The notes: generated from the sequence alone by a model not told the origin. Counted from the stretch's first letter, positions 48,548-58,428 are shown. The stretch is 64,000 bases of DNA from Candidatus Parcubacteria bacterium (GCA_018664825.1 JABJNO010000006.1:15157-79156), one strand, 5' to 3'. Program-made: numbers and translations.

Positions 48548-50576
48548 AAGTCTCATTTCTATACAAGAAATTGACTCTTACAAAAAATTTATTGGCAACA
48601 AAACTCTAAATTTAAAAAAGTGTTCTGATTTTGGATTCAATGTTCCAAAATTTTTGGCTATCCCCAGTACAGTTACTAGTATTTTGTTGACCAACCCCAG
48701 TGCACGCAAAGATATCGCCAAAAAAATTGTACACACACTTCCCAGTGAAAAATACGCTATCCGCTCTAGTGGACTTTTGGAAGATAGTCAGAGTCAGTCA
48801 TTTGCTGGCCAATTTTTGACCAAAACAAATGTCAGGCCAAGTGGCCTCGAAGACGCTATCCGCCAAGTCCTAGAACATGCTGACAAATACCTAAAAGGGC
48901 AGATAGATAAATTTTCTATAATAATACAAGAATACATAAACCCTCAGATGGCAGGCGTCACTTTTACTAGAAATCCAAACGGTAGTAGAGAGATGATAAT
49001 CGAATATGGATATTGTGAGGGCGAAAAGATAGTCAGTGGAGAAATAAAGCCAAAAAAAGTTTCTTTTTATTGGTCAGAGCAAACACCAAAAAAGCTCCCA
49101 GAATCATTTGTAGATCAAAAAGTTATTGAACAGTTCAAAGATATAGAGACAAAAAACAACTGGCCACAAGATATAGAGTGGTGCTTCAAAGACGAGACTT
49201 TTTATATATTACAAAATAGGCCGATCACTACCATCTCTCCAGAAAAATATCAGGAAAGTACTTTTTTGGACAACAATTTGGCAAAGCAAAAAAAATACTA
49301 CTTTGAAAAAACTGAAATATCCGAAATAGCACCAAAACCCAACACTATTACGCTAGATATACTCAAAAAAATATACAGCCCAAAAGGTCCTGTAACCAAT
49401 ATCTACAAAAAATATAATGTAGCTTACAAAGATACTGATTTTTTAAAAATTGTTGGCAATGATCTATATGTAGACAAAGAAAAAGAAATACAAAGTCTCT
49501 TACCTGCTTATAGCTATCTACAAAACAATACTTATTCTGCCAAATTCAGAAAATATTCCAAAACTTTGATAACTCTAAAAAATCTCCTCCACCTAAACAA
49601 AATCAAAACTGATGATTATGAGTACATTTTTGATAACCTAAAAAACAAAATCGAAGAGACAACACCTGAGCTAAATATAAAAGAAATTTTGGAGAAATTT
49701 TTGACAGACTATGAGATTATTTTCCAAGCAAATCTTTTGTCTGGTATGGCTATCAAAAAACTAGAGGCTATTTTGAAAAACGAAAAAATAAATCTACCCG
49801 AAATCATAGAGAGTTCCTCTACTTTTGTTGATCTTGATAAATACAAAATAAATCTACCCCAAAACCTACAGGGAAACTCTATTGATATAGCTGACAAATC
49901 AGAATTTGCTACTAGTGTAAAAAATAGCCAAGAAAATAAAGATACAAAAGAGTGGTGGCAAAAAATATCTAGCTACAAAAAGAAAGTTTTTGAAAAAAAG
50001 ATAGAAGAAGGTATTTTTTATAACTACTTACGAGAAGTAGGCCGCTACCTAACAGTAAAAAATATCAATCTACTACGACAATCTTTACTCAATATCGCCA
50101 AACAAAATAATTTTGCCAATCCAGAAGACATATACTTTACCAATCTTGAAAATGTCTTGGAAAACAAAATAAATGAAGAAAAATGCATTGCTAATAAAAA
50201 CAATTATCTAAAATACAAAGATTTTGAGTTTCCAAGCACCCTGACTTCATCTGTGCCCAATATAAAAAACAAAATAATGGGCGTATCAGCAGGCGTGGCT
50301 ACTGGTATTTTGCAAACCGCTGATATGATCAAAAATACAGGAGACAAAAATATTATATTGTATACCAAAATGTTATCTCCTGATCTGACTACCTATTTTG
50401 ATAAAATATCTGGCATAGTCTCAAACAACGGTGGCCTACTGTCCCATCTAGCCATAGTTGCCCGTGAAAGTAACATCCCTGTGATCGTAGGTGTATCACT
50501 AAACACCACCCAGATAAAAATCGGAGACAAAATACAAATAGACGGTAGCCAAGGTAAAATTTCTAAAATAAATTAA
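48534..50576 (+). CDS. PEP-synthase/rifampin-phosphotransferase-like protein (ATP-grasp + His swivel domain)
   Basis: IGNK..GFNVP, AIRSSGLLED..SFAGQF, AGVTFT, PQDIEW, LQNRPIT; GGLLSHLAIVARESNIP. Confidence 0.85.
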   Translation: MTTDKSLISIQEIDSYKKFIGNKTLNLKKCSDFGFNVPKFLAIPSTVTSILLTNPSARKDIAKKIVHTLPSEKYAIRSSGLLEDSQSQSFAGQFLTKTNVRPSGLEDAIRQVLEHADKYLKGQIDKFSIIIQEYINPQMAGVTFTRNPNGSREMIIEYGYCEGEKIVSGEIKPKKVSFYWSEQTPKKLPESFVDQKVIEQFKDIETKNNWPQDIEWCFKDETFYILQNRPITTISPEKYQESTFLDNNLAKQKKYYFEKTEISEIAPKPNTITLDILKKIYSPKGPVTNIYKKYNVAYKDTDFLKIVGNDLYVDKEKEIQSLLPAYSYLQNNTYSAKFRKYSKTLITLKNLLHLNKIKTDDYEYIFDNLKNKIEETTPELNIKEILEKFLTDYEIIFQANLLSGMAIKKLEAILKNEKINLPEIIESSSTFVDLDKYKINLPQNLQGNSIDIADKSEFATSVKNSQENKDTKEWWQKISSYKKKVFEKKIEEGIFYNYLREVGRYLTVKNINLLRQSLLNIAKQNNFANPEDIYFTNLENVLENKINEEKCIANKNNYLKYKDFEFPSTLTSSVPNIKNKIMGVSAGVATGILQTADMIKNTGDKNIILYTKMLSPDLTTYFDKISGIVSNNGGLLSHLAIVARESNIPVIVGVSLNTTQIKIGDKIQIDGSQGKISKIN

Positions 50577-50592
50577 ATTTAAACCCAAAAAT

Positions 50593-51174
50593 ATGAATTC
50601 AAGACAAATCATCCTAGCATCTACCTCCCCTCGTCGCAAAGAAATACTATCTTTGACTGGTTTAAAGTTTGAAACAGTTGCCAGTGACTACGAAGAGGAT
50701 ATGACTCTAGACCTCGAACCACTAGAGCTAGCCAAACTCCTTTCTAGAGGAAAGGCCGAGGCCGTGGCAAAAGACTATAAAGATAGTATAGTTATCGGTG
50801 CTGATACTTTTGTTGTGCTAAACAACGAACTCCTAGGCAAACCACATGATGCAGATACTGCTACCAAAATGCTAGAAAAAATAAGCAATCAAGCAGTTTC
50901 ATTGATAACTGGCTATACTATCATCGATACAGCCAATAATAAAAATATATCCGAAACAGTAGAAACCAAAATATACATAAAAGAGCTTTCAGACCAAGAG
51001 ATCAAGGGCTACGTCGCAACAAAAGAGCCTCTCGATAAAGCAGGGGCATTTGCTATACAGGGTATAGGTGCAATATTTATCAAAAAAATTGAAGGTGACT
51101 TCTTTGGGGCTATGGGTTTACCACTTTTTGACCTATCAAAAGCTCTAAAAAAATTTGGAATCTCTATTTTATAA
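50593..51174 (+). CDS. maf: Maf nucleoside triphosphate pyrophosphatase
   Basis: ILASTSPRR, IGADT, LGKP, DKAGAFAIQG, MGLP. Confidence 0.93.
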   Translation: MNSRQIILASTSPRRKEILSLTGLKFETVASDYEEDMTLDLEPLELAKLLSRGKAEAVAKDYKDSIVIGADTFVVLNNELLGKPHDADTATKMLEKISNQAVSLITGYTIIDTANNKNISETVETKIYIKELSDQEIKGYVATKEPLDKAGAFAIQGIGAIFIKKIEGDFFGAMGLPLFDLSKALKKFGISIL

Positions 51175-51207
51175 AACTTGCCTAATATAAAATTTAAATC
51201 TAAAATT

Positions 51208-51987
51208 ATGAAAACAATCTTTTCCTTATTCCTCTTGGTGGTGCTGGCTGGTGCTGGCTATATCTGGTGGCAAAACAGTCAAACAGTCAAAACTACAGAA
51301 CCAGATCAACAAATCCAACAAGAAGTTTCAGAAGAACAAATCAGTCCAGAAGAACAAGAATTCAATGACAGTGGCCAAGCCAAAGCCATAGAAGATGAGA
51401 GCGATCTCTGGCCATTTTATAATAACCCAGCAGTTGGCATTTCATTTAACCACCCTCCTGATATAATTCTCTTGGAAGATGGTGTTGTGATGGATGATGC
51501 AGAACAAATCTATCTAGAAGTAGAAATAAAAAATATCGGAGAACAAGTAGAACCTATAGATTTTGACTATGATGAAGCTATGGAAAATATCCAAGACCTA
51601 TCCGGTGGAGAGTTTGGCCTAGCTCACGGTTTTCCTTTTGAAAATTCCCAACAAGTAAAGTCCGTCGGCTTTCTTTTTGCCCAAGACTATATGGTCCTAG
51701 CTCGCTTTGAAGTCTGTGATGTGGCCTTAGAAAGAAAACTTCGTTTTTATTTCAACAACAAACAAATTACTTTGACTTTGTTTGGCCCTGAAGATACGTT
51801 GACCAAAACTATGTCCAAATACTTTACTGTTGACCCTGACAATTGTGGAGATTACAAAATGTGGGATTTTGATAAACAAGCTGATTTTTACCAAGAACTA
51901 CTAGATGGTACTGCTTCACCTGAAGTCCAAAAATGGTTTGATAGTTTTGATGATATAGCCGAAAAAATAATTTTTGCTCACCGATAA
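51208..51987 (+). CDS. Hypothetical membrane-anchored acidic protein
   Basis: N-terminal TM (AGAGYIWWQ). Confidence 0.65.
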   Translation: MKTIFSLFLLVVLAGAGYIWWQNSQTVKTTEPDQQIQQEVSEEQISPEEQEFNDSGQAKAIEDESDLWPFYNNPAVGISFNHPPDIILLEDGVVMDDAEQIYLEVEIKNIGEQVEPIDFDYDEAMENIQDLSGGEFGLAHGFPFENSQQVKSVGFLFAQDYMVLARFEVCDVALERKLRFYFNNKQITLTLFGPEDTLTKTMSKYFTVDPDNCGDYKMWDFDKQADFYQELLDGTASPEVQKWFDSFDDIAEKIIFAHR

Positions 51988-51997
51988 AAATAAACAC

Positions 51998-52213
51998 ATG
52001 AAAAAATATACACTTCCTATTATTATTTTTATTCTTGGCATCATCTCTTTTATTACCTTTGGCCTTATTGGTTCCGAAGTTTCAGAAGATGGGATGCTTA
52101 TAGAACAATTCGGACTTATACCTATTGGTTATTTATTGATAACTATCAGTATAATATGGAGCATAATTATTTTAATTATCCCCATGTTTCAAAAGACAAA
52201 TAAAAAACCCTAG
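51998..52213 (+). CDS. Small membrane protein (DUF3955-like)
   Basis: IGSEVSEDGMLIEQFGLIPIGY motif between two TMs. Confidence 0.7.
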   Translation: MKKYTLPIIIFILGIISFITFGLIGSEVSEDGMLIEQFGLIPIGYLLITISIIWSIIILIIPMFQKTNKKP

Positions 52214-52236
52214 ATTAAAATCTAGGGTTTTGTTTA

Positions 52237-52578
52237 TTAACAGGCTTTTTCCCTCTGCCACATGATAAAAAAATATGTGAGCATAAACAAAAAGAAACAG
52301 GGAAAAATAAAGCCAACTGCTGTGATTTTGGCAATGGCAAAATGAATCACCAGGTACAAGGCCGCTAATAAAATAGCCGCTCCCGACCAATTGATACGCT
52401 TGCCTATAATACCTCCAGCCACAATGCCAGCAATCAGCCCAAAGGCAAACCCTATCAAACAGCCCAAATAAGCTCTCTGCTGATCTTGCTCTCCTAGGGC
52501 TTCAACCCAAGAAAAAAAGAATCTTTGCACAATCAGACTAGCTGATGAGACCAAGATGATAGGAATCAGGTTACGCAT
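52237..52578 (-). CDS. Orphan multi-TM membrane protein
   Basis: 113 aa hydrophobic; AGGGAG RBS, TGATCTTTTAAAA, TTGACA upstream. Confidence 0.65.
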   Translation of the reverse strand: MRNLIPIILVSSASLIVQRFFFSWVEALGEQDQQRAYLGCLIGFAFGLIAGIVAGGIIGKRINWSGAAILLAALYLVIHFAIAKITAVGFIFPCFFLFMLTYFFIMWQREKAC

Positions 52579-52697
52579 GATTATCTCCCTTTTTTAAAAG
52601 ATCAAAGTTTGAATTTAACGATTGATATTATTATATATAATCATCTTTGTCAATAAATAAACCCCCTAGATAAAAATATAGGGGGTTTTATAATAAG

Positions 52698-52773
52698 GGA
52701 GCAGGAACTCACCGGAAGAGCTAGGCTCCTCACGAACTCCGTAGAGCCCGCTGGGCGAGAGAGCCCCTACTCC
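52698..52773 (-). ncRNA. Candidate structured RNA (long irregular hairpin)
   Basis: GC-rich; minus strand GGAGUAGGGGCUC pairs with GAGUUCCUGCUCC, with inner stems; no family recognised. Confidence 0.45.
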
Positions 52774-52780
52774 ACACTGA

Positions 52781-53149
52781 TTATTCTTTACTATCAGCCA
52801 AATTGACCTCAGGCCAACTCAAGACTTCTTCGGGAATTGGACTCCCCCCTTCTCTTGCTTGCCTAGCCAAAATCCGACGTAGATGAAAATTTTGGCAAGC
52901 TATCATATTGTGCATATGGCAAATATTGCTACTGCGAAAAACTCCCAAGATGCCAGGACAATCAGAATAATGTATCCGACCACTATTTTCACCTATGCGA
53001 AAAGGTGGAAAACTACCCAATGTCCACGTACCTCTTTCTTCATTTACTTTTACATTGCGCGGACACTTGCCAGTGACTTTGATTTCATTACCTTCTCTAA
53101 TTAGAAAAAGTAATCCTGACCATTTTTTTCTGGTTTTTTTCATAGTCAT
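52781..53149 (-). CDS. Orphan hypothetical protein
   Basis: 122 aa; AAGGAG RBS; contains C-H-x-H motif (ICHMH). Confidence 0.6.
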   Translation of the reverse strand: MTMKKTRKKWSGLLFLIREGNEIKVTGKCPRNVKVNEERGTWTLGSFPPFRIGENSGRIHYSDCPGILGVFRSSNICHMHNMIACQNFHLRRILARQAREGGSPIPEEVLSWPEVNLADSKE

Positions 53150-53322
53150 CTTATACTCCTTATTTTGGGTTTAAAAGTACTATCTCAATAATCAAAAATT
53201 ACTACTTAACATAACAATTGTCAAATATCATTGACAAAATACCTTCAAAATACTAATATTTAGTGTAATTCACCTAGGTAAAAATCCTATAAAATGTACC
53301 CTAAAACAAAAGAGGTTTCCAA

Positions 53323-53703
53323 ATGAACAACAAAGTGCGCCGTTTTCTTTTGATCTTGTTATTGATCCTCATCTACATCCCTGTCCGTGGTATCGACAAC
53401 ATCAACGGTGATCTCCGATTTATAGGCTTCTGCCCCAACTGTACGGATTCCTATTATTGGAAAGAATCCAGCTCTCTGACTTATTGGAAAGCCGAAGATC
53501 AAACTTCGTTTGGCCACACATCCTCAGCAGTGATGATCTGTAAAAAATGTATGGATGACCCCGAGGGGCTGAGTCCCAACCGAATCGGCTTTATGCTCTG
53601 GTGGCCACTTGGAATAGGTGGCTGGGACAAAGAAGGCACAGACATGGTCAAGGATGCTGTACGTCAGTACAAACAAGGTGACGCAAGTCTTCGGTCAATC
53701 TAA
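53323..53703 (+). CDS. Orphan membrane-anchored protein with CxxC pairs
   Basis: TM, CPNC..CKKC; GAGG RBS. Confidence 0.65.
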   Translation: MNNKVRRFLLILLLILIYIPVRGIDNINGDLRFIGFCPNCTDSYYWKESSSLTYWKAEDQTSFGHTSSAVMICKKCMDDPEGLSPNRIGFMLWWPLGIGGWDKEGTDMVKDAVRQYKQGDASLRSI

Positions 53704-53750
53704 AGCCCAAAACAAACACACCGATTTCTCCCCAACCGAAAGGAAAGACT

Positions 53751-53993
53751 ATGTGGTTGATACGATTCAATCAATGGTACGACCAACTATCCCCCGATCC
53801 TCGTTTCATTTTATTCCTGCTCTTCATCGCCATAATCGGCATTGGGTCGATTAGCTTTGGTCTGAATCTCAATCAGCCCAAGCTAGCTCTATTTGGCACT
53901 GTCTGGATTGCCATCTTTGGTGGCCAAAGAGCGATTTACTTCCTTCTCAATCGAAGAGTTGTTCGTTCCAGAGTCCAAAAACCTAGAGGTTAA
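53751..53993 (+). CDS. Orphan 2-TM membrane protein
   Basis: 80 aa; AAGGA RBS; terminator follows. Confidence 0.6.
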   Translation: MWLIRFNQWYDQLSPDPRFILFLLFIAIIGIGSISFGLNLNQPKLALFGTVWIAIFGGQRAIYFLLNRRVVRSRVQKPRG

Positions 53994-54066
53994 ACCTCAC
54001 TCACCCTCGTTTTTTTAAACGGGGGTTTTATTTTACAAAAATATCTAAAAGGATTAAGATTATCTT

Positions 54067-54741
54067 ATGGAAAATAATAAACTAGAAGATTGTAAAAAAC
54101 TAAAGGAATACCTGGCCAATGCCAAATCGGGTCTTGAAAAAATTGATGAATTACTAGCTTCTAGTGAAATTGCTTTTGCTGGACCTGCAAAAAACTCTTT
54201 AGATTTTTTTATAGCTGAAATAAAAAAACTTTTAGATTGCTACAAAGAAATATCTTTTATTGAATATACTACTCTAGCAGAACTTGATAAAAATGATTTT
54301 CATAGCACAGAATCTTTTAAAGCCAACATATCACAACAAATAATTTTGGCAATGCTAAATGGCTATGCAGAAGGACGATATCATGCGGGTAACTCTAACT
54401 ATATAGAAGATAAAGAATCCGATAAGATAATAGGCATATCCTATAATGCACGTGGGTTTAAAGATCCTGAAAAAGATTTTGCTGGTTTTGCAGAATATAT
54501 CAAAAAAAATATTCGTCTCATCCCCTCCGACCTAAGAGATCATTTTACCATACATATTGGTCATAACTTTGGTGATGCCTGTGGTATATTGATAAAAGGA
54601 GATGAAATAAAAATAATAGACCAAGACGTAATAAACGATCAGGGAATGACCATAGGCAACAAGGGAATTACTTATTATGATTATAATAACGAACAGCTAA
54701 AAAAAATCTACAAGAAAGTGACAGAAGAACTAAGTAAATAA
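54067..54741 (+). CDS. Hypothetical protein, N-terminal Cys-helix family
   Basis: EDCKKLKEYLANAKSGLE. Confidence 0.65.
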   Translation: MENNKLEDCKKLKEYLANAKSGLEKIDELLASSEIAFAGPAKNSLDFFIAEIKKLLDCYKEISFIEYTTLAELDKNDFHSTESFKANISQQIILAMLNGYAEGRYHAGNSNYIEDKESDKIIGISYNARGFKDPEKDFAGFAEYIKKNIRLIPSDLRDHFTIHIGHNFGDACGILIKGDEIKIIDQDVINDQGMTIGNKGITYYDYNNEQLKKIYKKVTEELSK

Positions 54742-54745
54742 TGTG

Positions 54746-55201
54746 ATGAAAAAAGCTACAAAAAAAGATTGTGAAACAATGGCGGAAAATCTAGATGATG
54801 CCAAAGGTGCTTTGGAGCTAATAAAAAAAGTATTGGAAGACAAGCTGAACAACCATCCTAAATGGCCTGACCCCGAATCCTTTACAACAGCCTTTGATTC
54901 TCATACCAGGGAAATAAGGAAGATATTAGAAAATTACGGCATCTTTACATTTGAAGAACATAGTTTTGAATTAGACGGAAATGGATTTATTGAGTTTGGC
55001 TCACTATCCAGAAGAGTAATGAAAAAACAATGCCAATATGGTAGCCGTTATATTGACGGCAAGCTAGATGATTACCCTAACCTAGGTGAGGGTTTACGCT
55101 TTGAAGGAGATACTTCGGATTATCATTTTATCAAAATACACAAAGACGATGTAACTGAATTTATCAAAAGAGTCCGCGAATACCAATCACAATATACATA
55201 A
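54746..55201 (+). CDS. Hypothetical protein, N-terminal Cys-helix family
   Basis: KDCETMAENLDDAKGALE. Confidence 0.65.
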   Translation: MKKATKKDCETMAENLDDAKGALELIKKVLEDKLNNHPKWPDPESFTTAFDSHTREIRKILENYGIFTFEEHSFELDGNGFIEFGSLSRRVMKKQCQYGSRYIDGKLDDYPNLGEGLRFEGDTSDYHFIKIHKDDVTEFIKRVREYQSQYT

Positions 55202-55204
55202 AAT

Positions 55205-55236
55205 AAAAACCCCATACTATATAGTATGGGGTTTTA
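55205..55236. terminator. Bidirectional terminator
   Basis: aaaaccccatactat-atagtatggggtttt. Confidence 0.8.
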
Positions 55237-55238
55237 AA

Positions 55239-55787
55239 TTATATTTTTAATGCCGGCGGATGATATCCTCCAGACGCTGCAGCTGCTGCTGTCGTACCAC
55301 TGGTCGAAGAATCTCTCCCTTTGACACCACCACCTGCTCCACTAGGATCATATGTAGCGCCACCTGTTCTTGAATTGTCCAAAAAATCAAGTGCGCCCCC
55401 GGTACTTCTACGAGGATCTTTGTGAAGTTGTGCTTTTTTGGCCTCCGTTCTAGAAGGCTTCGCGTTTTTGGCAGCTGTTTTACTAGCTGCCTTTGCGGCA
55501 TTACCCTTGCTCAAATGAGTCAACATTTGTCTAAGCTCTCTTTTGCCCTGATTACTCATACCACTGATAGAGCGAAGATCGCTGTCCACTTGTGACTTAC
55601 TATACTTACCTTTTTGTATGGCAGTTTGTCTTTTTTTGGCCAATTTTATGATTGCCTCCTGACTAGCCTTGAGTTGGTTTAGCCCTCCTGCAGAAGCCGC
55701 GTGTCTAAATTTACTTTGTAAACTACCAGAGCCAGATGTAGCTTTAAATTTTGCACCAGTTGGCAGTCTTTTTATAATATCACCCAT
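55239..55787 (-). CDS. Basic Ala/Gly/Lys-rich hypothetical protein
   Basis: 182 aa ORF. Confidence 0.6.
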   Translation of the reverse strand: MGDIIKRLPTGAKFKATSGSGSLQSKFRHAASAGGLNQLKASQEAIIKLAKKRQTAIQKGKYSKSQVDSDLRSISGMSNQGKRELRQMLTHLSKGNAAKAASKTAAKNAKPSRTEAKKAQLHKDPRRSTGGALDFLDNSRTGGATYDPSGAGGGVKGRDSSTSGTTAAAAASGGYHPPALKI

Positions 55788-55863
55788 ATTTTTATCTTAA
55801 TAATATAGTTAAGAATAGCATATTTTAAAAATTCTCGACAATCCAAAATATTTAAGCTAATAT

Positions 55864-56397
55864 ATGAATATGGACATAATTACTATACAACATCTTTGCG
55901 CAGTAATGAGAGAAAATATAAGTAAATCTAAATTTACTCTTGAAACTATTGAAGAAAAAATTCAATCTAACAATTTCAACTGTTTGACTGAAAAACAATC
56001 TCTAAGCGCAAATATAAAAAACTCCCAAGAACTCCTAGAAGTAAGCAAAGAAACAACTACTGGCTTACGTCTCGTTAGACAAAGCTATACCAATCTTAAG
56101 AACAAAAAAATTACTCCTGAACCAGATATTTTGGAAGCAAACATACCTCGATTCGGTAAGGATATCAAAGTTGGTACTCAAATGAGGGTTTTTTTTGATG
56201 ATTTTAAACCAACAGTAGAAGAGAGCACGGTTTGTACGGTAGTAGGTTTTAGGAGAACCAAAAAACCTCTGATTGGTAAAAAACCAAAAGATGATCTTGA
56301 AATAATACTTTTGTATGAAGATAAACACAACAAAGGAAAAGTAACCACGGTGGGTCTTTCTGAAAGATTTTTTAATCAATGCGACCTTATAGAATAA
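55864..56397 (+). CDS. Hypothetical protein, N-terminal Cys-helix family
   Basis: HLCAVMRENISKSKFTLE. Confidence 0.6.
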   Translation: MNMDIITIQHLCAVMRENISKSKFTLETIEEKIQSNNFNCLTEKQSLSANIKNSQELLEVSKETTTGLRLVRQSYTNLKNKKITPEPDILEANIPRFGKDIKVGTQMRVFFDDFKPTVEESTVCTVVGFRRTKKPLIGKKPKDDLEIILLYEDKHNKGKVTTVGLSERFFNQCDLIE

Positions 56398-56401
56398 ACA
56401 T

Positions 56402-56791
56402 ATGAAACAATCAAACATTTCTTTCAACGAATTAGTCAGCAAGCTAGACGACTTTGACAAAGCTAGAGACTGGATTGGCCTAGACCCTGCAGATCTAGCA
56501 AAGTCTATCGCCCTAGAGGCTTCCGAGCTTTTGGAGTTTTATCAATGGGACAACAGTCTGACTGCCAAAGGCAAAAAAATACCAAAAAAGGATAAAGAAG
56601 AAATAGGTTTTGAGGTAGCTGATATTTTGATCTATTTACTCAAATTTTGCCGAGAGACAAAGATAGATATTGTAGGCGCTACTTTCAAAAAACTAGAGCA
56701 CAACAACAAAAAATATCCCGCCAACTACAAAGACAAGGGCGGGCACGAAGAATATGAAAGAATAAAAAAATCTTATCGTAATAAAAAATAA
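56402..56791 (+). CDS. MazG-like nucleotide pyrophosphohydrolase
   Basis: ARDW..P.DLAKSIALEASELLEFYQW..EVADILIYL..KKYP. Confidence 0.88.
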   Translation: MKQSNISFNELVSKLDDFDKARDWIGLDPADLAKSIALEASELLEFYQWDNSLTAKGKKIPKKDKEEIGFEVADILIYLLKFCRETKIDIVGATFKKLEHNNKKYPANYKDKGGHEEYERIKKSYRNKK

Positions 56792-56795
56792 TTTT

Positions 56796-57197
56796 ATGAA
56801 AAAAGAATACTTAGAATTAATAAAAAAAGCTTCTGCATTGGCCAAGGCCAAAAGACACAATGACTCCATAACATCGGGCTACGTTGGTTGTGCATTACTC
56901 ACTGATCAGGGCAATACCTACACTGGGGTAAGTATTGATGCTGATTGTGCTATTGGATTTTGTGGTGAACACAGTGCTATTGCTCAGATGATTACCGCCG
57001 GCGAAGATCGCATCAAAGCAATCGTAGCTGTGGCTGATGAAAAAGACATCCTGCCCCCTTGTGGTCGTTGTAGAGAACTTATTTATCAAACAAACTACGC
57101 CAACCTAGATACCGAGGTTATCCTTTCCAAGGATAAAACAATCCCCCTTGGAGAATTACTCCCTTACAATTGGCAAAATCATTCTAATAAAAAATAA
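56796..57197 (+). CDS. cdd: Cytidine deaminase family protein
   Basis: VGCAL, YTGV, FCGEHSAI, PPCGRCRE, ELLP. Confidence 0.8.
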   Translation: MKKEYLELIKKASALAKAKRHNDSITSGYVGCALLTDQGNTYTGVSIDADCAIGFCGEHSAIAQMITAGEDRIKAIVAVADEKDILPPCGRCRELIYQTNYANLDTEVILSKDKTIPLGELLPYNWQNHSNKK

Positions 57198-57340
57198 TTA
57201 GAAAAATATACATTCAAAAAACCCACTAGCTCATTTAGTGGGTTTTGTTATTATGATTGACAAAAGTCTTCAAATACACTTAAATACAAGCAGAATGATC
57301 TTTTTAATGAGTAAAAACCATAAACCAAGGAGAGTTTATA

Positions 57341-57637
57341 GTGAAAAGCAATGGAGAAACCGTCCAAATGACAAGGTCTGATGGAAAGCTAGGAGTTGAG
57401 TTTAACCCCCCTGAAGAATTGCAAAGATTTCTAGATTTTGTCATAAAATCCGAAGACCCCTACATGGAGCACTACCCTCAAATCCTCCGAAATGGAGGCA
57501 TCATTCCTTTGGACGATCCTGAATTTATGAAAATGTTGGATAGAAAAGGAATTACTCCTTATACTATCCCCAACACAATGCGAGCTGACTATTTGGTAGC
57601 CTTTCAAAAAAATAAGGCCTCCCAGTCAACTACATAA
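57341..57637 (+). CDS. Orphan hypothetical protein
   Basis: GTG start with AAGGAG RBS; own TTGACA promoter and terminator. Confidence 0.65.
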   Translation: MKSNGETVQMTRSDGKLGVEFNPPEELQRFLDFVIKSEDPYMEHYPQILRNGGIIPLDDPEFMKMLDRKGITPYTIPNTMRADYLVAFQKNKASQSTT

Positions 57638-57706
57638 AAGTCTAATCTTTTAAGATTAGACTTTTTTATTTAAAATAAAAAAAGCGGAGTTGTCTCCGCT
57701 CTTGTC

Positions 57707-57982
57707 TCACGAAAAAAAAGTAGGGAATTGACCTTTGATTAGATTGGCCAAAGCTATTGAAACCACAAACATCGGTAAAAAAAATACTGTGAACCGCCTG
57801 GGATATTCAACTCTTCTTTTTAGAAAACCCCAAAATATACTCAGGCCAAAAAACATAATAACATTATTCCAAAATCCAGTATGATCATAATGATTTGCCC
57901 AGAGCATATGAGTAATAAACACCAATGTAAATAAGATCGTCACCAGGGTGACATAAACCGTATTGTTTGGTTTGATTTTCAC
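57707..57982 (-). CDS. Orphan 3-TM membrane protein
   Basis: GTG start after AAGGAGG RBS. Confidence 0.65.
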   Translation of the reverse strand: MKIKPNNTVYVTLVTILFTLVFITHMLWANHYDHTGFWNNVIMFFGLSIFWGFLKRRVEYPRRFTVFFLPMFVVSIALANLIKGQFPTFFS

Positions 57983-58124
57983 GTCTACCTCCTTGTTCCC
58001 TAAGTTTGTAACGTACAAAAGAACGCTTATTTTTACTATATATTTGAATATTTGTCAATAATAGGGTAAAATACAAGCTAAAGAGGGCCCCCTGGGCCAA
58101 CAATGATATTATTAAAAAAATCAT

Positions 58125-58397
58125 ATGGATGCTGATGACAAAAAGAAAATAAAAGATTATTTAAACAGTCCTGATACTGAACTTTTAAATATTATCCGTA
58201 GCCAATATGACACTCCCAATGCAGACCTCGCCAAATGGACTCTCAATTATAGGCTCTACGATACTATGGTGAGCCTCAACCATAGTATAAAAGCAAACAG
58301 TAAAAATGCTGCTCGTTATAATAGATATATGTTTTGGATTGCCATCTTCATGGCCACAATGACTGCTCTTAATATGATATTTATTATTTCTCTATAA
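58125..58397 (+). CDS. Hypothetical protein with C-terminal TM
   Basis: 90 aa; extended -10 TGATATTAT upstream. Confidence 0.6.
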   Translation: MDADDKKKIKDYLNSPDTELLNIIRSQYDTPNADLAKWTLNYRLYDTMVSLNHSIKANSKNAARYNRYMFWIAIFMATMTALNMIFIISL

Positions 58398-58428
58398 AAT
58401 AAATTACAAAAAATAAACCCCCGTTGTT

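Noticed and set aside
52698-52773. SRP 4.5S RNA, 6S RNA or tRNA
   Set aside because: No SRP domain IV motif, too short for 6S, no cloverleaf
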